Below, in pieces: positions 24,830-25,047 of a DNA stretch of 25,047 nt. The stretch spans positions 1-25,047 of the forward strand of contig BTVY01000068.1 in assembly GCA_045863335.1 (NCBI GenBank), written 5' to 3'. A program made the position numbers and the translations under genes. The notes beneath the pieces were generated by a model, which saw nothing but the letters and a program-made list of their open reading frames with translations, did no database searches and had not been told where the DNA came from. Numbering within the stretch: position 1 is the stretch's first letter; every line of letters starts with the position of its first letter. This stretch comes from Candidatus Hydrogenedentota bacterium (GTDB lineage: Bacteria; Hydrogenedentota; Hydrogenedentia; Hydrogenedentales; SLHB01).

Positions 24830-25047
24830 GCGTTTCGGGCGTGGGAGTGATGAGGCCGTCACGTTATCGTGTCGCCGAGGAGTCCGGGGGTGATCGCTGG
24901 CAAATAGTCGTGGAAGAATCATGGTAAGTTATTGTTTCGCAATAGGTTGAGATGATTCGATAGATCGGGGCCTACAGAATAAAAGGCCACAGTCTAGTGC
25001 ATTGCATCATAATTAAGGCAACTTATTGTTCTTGAAAGGTATTCATC

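Noticed and set aside
21326-24850. Long plus-strand ORFs (604, 259 and 270 aa) opposite the PSCyt gene
   Set aside because: Antisense shadows of a well-conserved gene. The same reasoning applies to 246-1226, 1330-2352, 8755-9561, 11180-12418 and 19749-20597.

Overview
A GC-rich bacterial window that is mostly housekeeping and nutrient acquisition, with no complete mobile element. The PSCyt/PSD1 plus DUF1501 gene pair and the gene style suggest a PVC-related or Hydrogenedentes-like organism (inference). Left to right: the tip of an IS end (1-54); secreted ThuA-like, beta-helix and sugar-binding proteins, interspersed with REP-type repeats, one of which looks split by a nested insertion; a low-GC membrane ORFan; a HAD hydrolase; a DUF3592-type membrane protein; a lipoprotein; a Na+/solute symporter divergent from an operon (DUF6786-like, M24 fold, CE4 deacetylase fold, M24 fold); tRNA-Glu(TTC); an ankyrin protein; DUF4212 plus an ActP-like symporter; a glycoside-hydrolase-like protein; a DUF1501 / multiheme PSCyt-PSD1 pair; and an AT-rich tail with IHF-like sites. 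The best candidate for an undescribed system is 8611-14676. Both M24-fold paralogues there have lost the canonical aminopeptidase-P metal and substrate ligands at the same positions and flank a PuuE/PgdA-like CE4 hydrolase next to a transporter, which points to a catabolic pathway for an unknown small molecule. All family assignments come from motif recognition by eye, not database searches.
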